Below are positions 58,713 through 60,540 of a stretch of DNA of 60,540 nt, piece after piece. Under the pieces are notes generated by a model. It did not search any database. It saw only the letters and a program-made list of their open reading frames with translations, and had not been told where the DNA came from. The first letter of the stretch is position 1, and every line of letters begins with the position of its first letter. The position numbers and the translations under genes were made by a program. The stretch comes from a virus (lineage: Duplodnaviria; Caudoviricetes): IMG/VR virus record IMGVR_UViG_3300035701_000034, positions 1 to 60,540 of that record; one strand, written 5' to 3'.

Positions 58713-59252
58713 ATGGAAAATTTAGTTGAATTATTAAGGCCAGAAACCGAATTAGAAAAGAGAATTATAGAAGATTCTGATTTTATTGCTGGTGCATTTT
58801 GGGGGGAAAGTAGAAAAGGCCATCCCGAAGGGAAGGTAGCATATCACATTAAAGAGGTATTGGCCAATATTGGAAAATATTCGACACATCTCAATCGTGA
58901 GAAATTACGTTTGATTGCTTTTATTCATGACACATTCAAGCATAAAGTAGATGGTCTAAAGCCAAAGAGTGGTGATAATCACCATGCAATGATTGCTAGA
59001 AAATTTGCTGAACGATTCGATATTGAAAATGATGTACTTGATATTATCGAATTACACGATGAAGCTTACAATGCGTGGTCGATGGGTGATAGAAAAGGGG
59101 ATTGGAATGGTGCAAATAAGAGATTAGAAAAATTGCTTGATCGTCTGGATGATAATTATCAACTTTATAAAACTTTTTATCAGTGTGATAATGAAACAGG
59201 AAATAAAACACAGAGAAATTTTGAATGGTTTTGTGATTATATCGTTGCATAA
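58713..59252 (+). CDS. HD-domain phosphohydrolase
   Basis: GHPEG.V..H, IHDTFK, HA, LHD, CD. Confidence 0.8.
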   Translation: MENLVELLRPETELEKRIIEDSDFIAGAFWGESRKGHPEGKVAYHIKEVLANIGKYSTHLNREKLRLIAFIHDTFKHKVDGLKPKSGDNHHAMIARKFAERFDIENDVLDIIELHDEAYNAWSMGDRKGDWNGANKRLEKLLDRLDDNYQLYKTFYQCDNETGNKTQRNFEWFCDYIVA

Positions 59253-59276
59253 TTTTATTGAGTACATGAATGATAA

Positions 59277-59627
59277 GTGAAGTTCTTAAGTAAATATCAA
59301 AAAGAACGTATTCAACAAAACAAATACTTATATGTTGAGATAGTTAATGCAGCAATTGATGAATGGAGAAAATTAGCTAAAAGATATTCCATTACCGAAG
59401 AAGATAAACCACTAATTACAAAATGTCAAAAAATTGCGAATGAAGCATTAGTGAATTGTCCAGAATTAGAAGAATATTATTTCATGGATTATTATGATGA
59501 GGCAATTTGTGAGTATGTTGGAAGAAAATATGTAATGAGAAGAGATAAACAAGCTCAAATTGATTGTGGATTTCCACCAGTAATTGTTGATAAGAAACCA
59601 CTATATCTTTTTCCTTGGAAAGAATGA
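59277..59627 (+). CDS. hypothetical protein
   Basis: 116-aa ORF, GTG start. Confidence 0.5.
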   Translation: MKFLSKYQKERIQQNKYLYVEIVNAAIDEWRKLAKRYSITEEDKPLITKCQKIANEALVNCPELEEYYFMDYYDEAICEYVGRKYVMRRDKQAQIDCGFPPVIVDKKPLYLFPWKE

Positions 59628-59956
59628 AACCTATAGAAATCATAATAGAAGGTGCTAGTCCAATGAATAAGTGGATTAATCTAATTCGCACATGGAATCG
59701 TTATGCACACGCTTATGAGGGTATGAGTGAGGGTTTAAGTACTGATGAGCTACATAAATTATCGATAGTTCGAGGTCTTGCTTCAATTTTAATGAGACAA
59801 TATCCTGATCTACGATATGAAATAAAATTAAAAGAGGAACTCGATTTTTTTCAATGCCAATCACTAGAGTACGGTGGTTATGTTTGGAAATATGAATTTT
59901 CCGAATCGAGGCCAAATCCTATGACAATAGGAGAATATACTTTATTAGACCCATAA
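59624..59956 (+). CDS. hypothetical protein
   Basis: ATGA-coupled ORF. Confidence 0.5.
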   Translation: MKPIEIIIEGASPMNKWINLIRTWNRYAHAYEGMSEGLSTDELHKLSIVRGLASILMRQYPDLRYEIKLKEELDFFQCQSLEYGGYVWKYEFSESRPNPMTIGEYTLLDP

Positions 59957-59957
59957 T

Positions 59958-60161
59958 ATGTCATTTGATAAATCATATCCGAATAGAAAAGATCGAAGAA
60001 AGCCTTTTCGTGGTGCAAAAAGTGTTGATGCGTCCTGTAGATGTCATGGTGGATGTTCCTACTGTTTAGGTAATAGATTACATTCCACAAATAAAAGAAG
60101 AAAAAAAGCAGATCAAGAAATAAAACAAATAAAGAAAAATGGCTATAAAGAAGAAGATTAA
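59958..60161 (+). CDS. small basic Cys/His protein
   Basis: RKPFRGAK.VD.SCRCHGGCSYC..NR. Confidence 0.6.
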   Translation: MSFDKSYPNRKDRRKPFRGAKSVDASCRCHGGCSYCLGNRLHSTNKRRKKADQEIKQIKKNGYKEED

Positions 60162-60456
60162 ACCAGTTGTCAAAATAGATGGTGGTTTTGAAACTAAAGA
60201 ACAGGCTGCAGCATTAGGATATATAGCAGCGACAATTGAAAGAGTGAAGGATCATCAATTATTGACTCTTAATTCAGATTTAGTTACATATTCATTTGCG
60301 TTTGGTACTTCACCAAATCTTGATGGACATTCTAACAACAAATACACTTATGAGCGTTTAATGGATGATCATAGATGTACTGGTCATTTTAGAGTTCTGG
60401 CGTGGGTAAAGGATTTTAATGCTGAAAAATTCATTAAAATCCTAAAAAAGAGTTAA
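60139..60456 (+). CDS. hypothetical protein
   Basis: 105-aa ORF. Confidence 0.5.
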   Translation: MAIKKKIKPVVKIDGGFETKEQAAALGYIAATIERVKDHQLLTLNSDLVTYSFAFGTSPNLDGHSNNKYTYERLMDDHRCTGHFRVLAWVKDFNAEKFIKILKKS

Positions 60457-60463
60457 TAACCCT

Positions 60464-60494
60464 ATTGCCAATCCCAAATATATTACTATCTTTG
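60464..60494 (+). promoter_or_regulatory. Bacteroidota-type promoter
   Basis: ATTG-N19-TATCTTTG before a gene that starts at the window edge. Confidence 0.6.
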
Positions 60495-60540
60495 ATTTCA
60501 ATATGAGCGTTAAAAAGGAGCACTTTTGTAGCACATATAG

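Noticed and set aside
1-60540. Stop-codon reassignment, as in some large phages
   Set aside because: Long ORFs are intact in the standard code, and TAG/TGA end genes at plausible family C-termini (RNA ligase, NADAR, RuvC, HAD)
1-60540. tRNA or other structured ncRNA genes
   Set aside because: Intergenic gaps are short and AT-rich, and I recognised no cloverleaf or T-loop context by eye; tRNAscan/Infernal were not run

Overview
This is an AT-rich, densely coding segment of a large (jumbo-type) tailed phage. The host is most likely Bacteroidota, based on TAnnTTTG-type promoters with an upstream (T)TTG, A-rich leaders lacking Shine-Dalgarno sites, and a SprB-like repeat. Layout: 2-18 kb is a contractile-tail baseplate module (gp25-like and gp6/baseplate-J-like genes plus large virion proteins). 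Two paralogous HPAT/SERGT-like GT-A glycosyltransferases, one fused to a GT2 domain, sit among three virion genes carrying mucin-like Thr-rich tandem repeats. 18-23 kb holds a RuvC-like resolvase, a T5orf172 protein, a metallophosphoesterase, a primase and an ECF-like sigma factor. 23-28.5 kb holds a 1310-aa fibre and a GH108 lysozyme. 29-45 kb holds DEDD exonucleases, a stand-alone EXD2-type HNH-like protein, a degenerate amidase, a 1418-aa probable internal head polyprotein and a thioredoxin. 45-50 kb holds an Mre11-Rad50 fusion and a MazG-like gene. 50-60 kb is an accessory island with two RNA ligases, two HAD phosphatases, a macro-like protein, NADAR, an AAA+ ATPase, CYTH and HD proteins. 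Best candidates for new biology: a phage-encoded O-glycosylation system for mucin-like virion proteins, a ~73-aa domain inserted into a copy of itself, and a recurrent GTATTTAT putative late promoter. All assignments come from reading motifs by eye; no searches were run.
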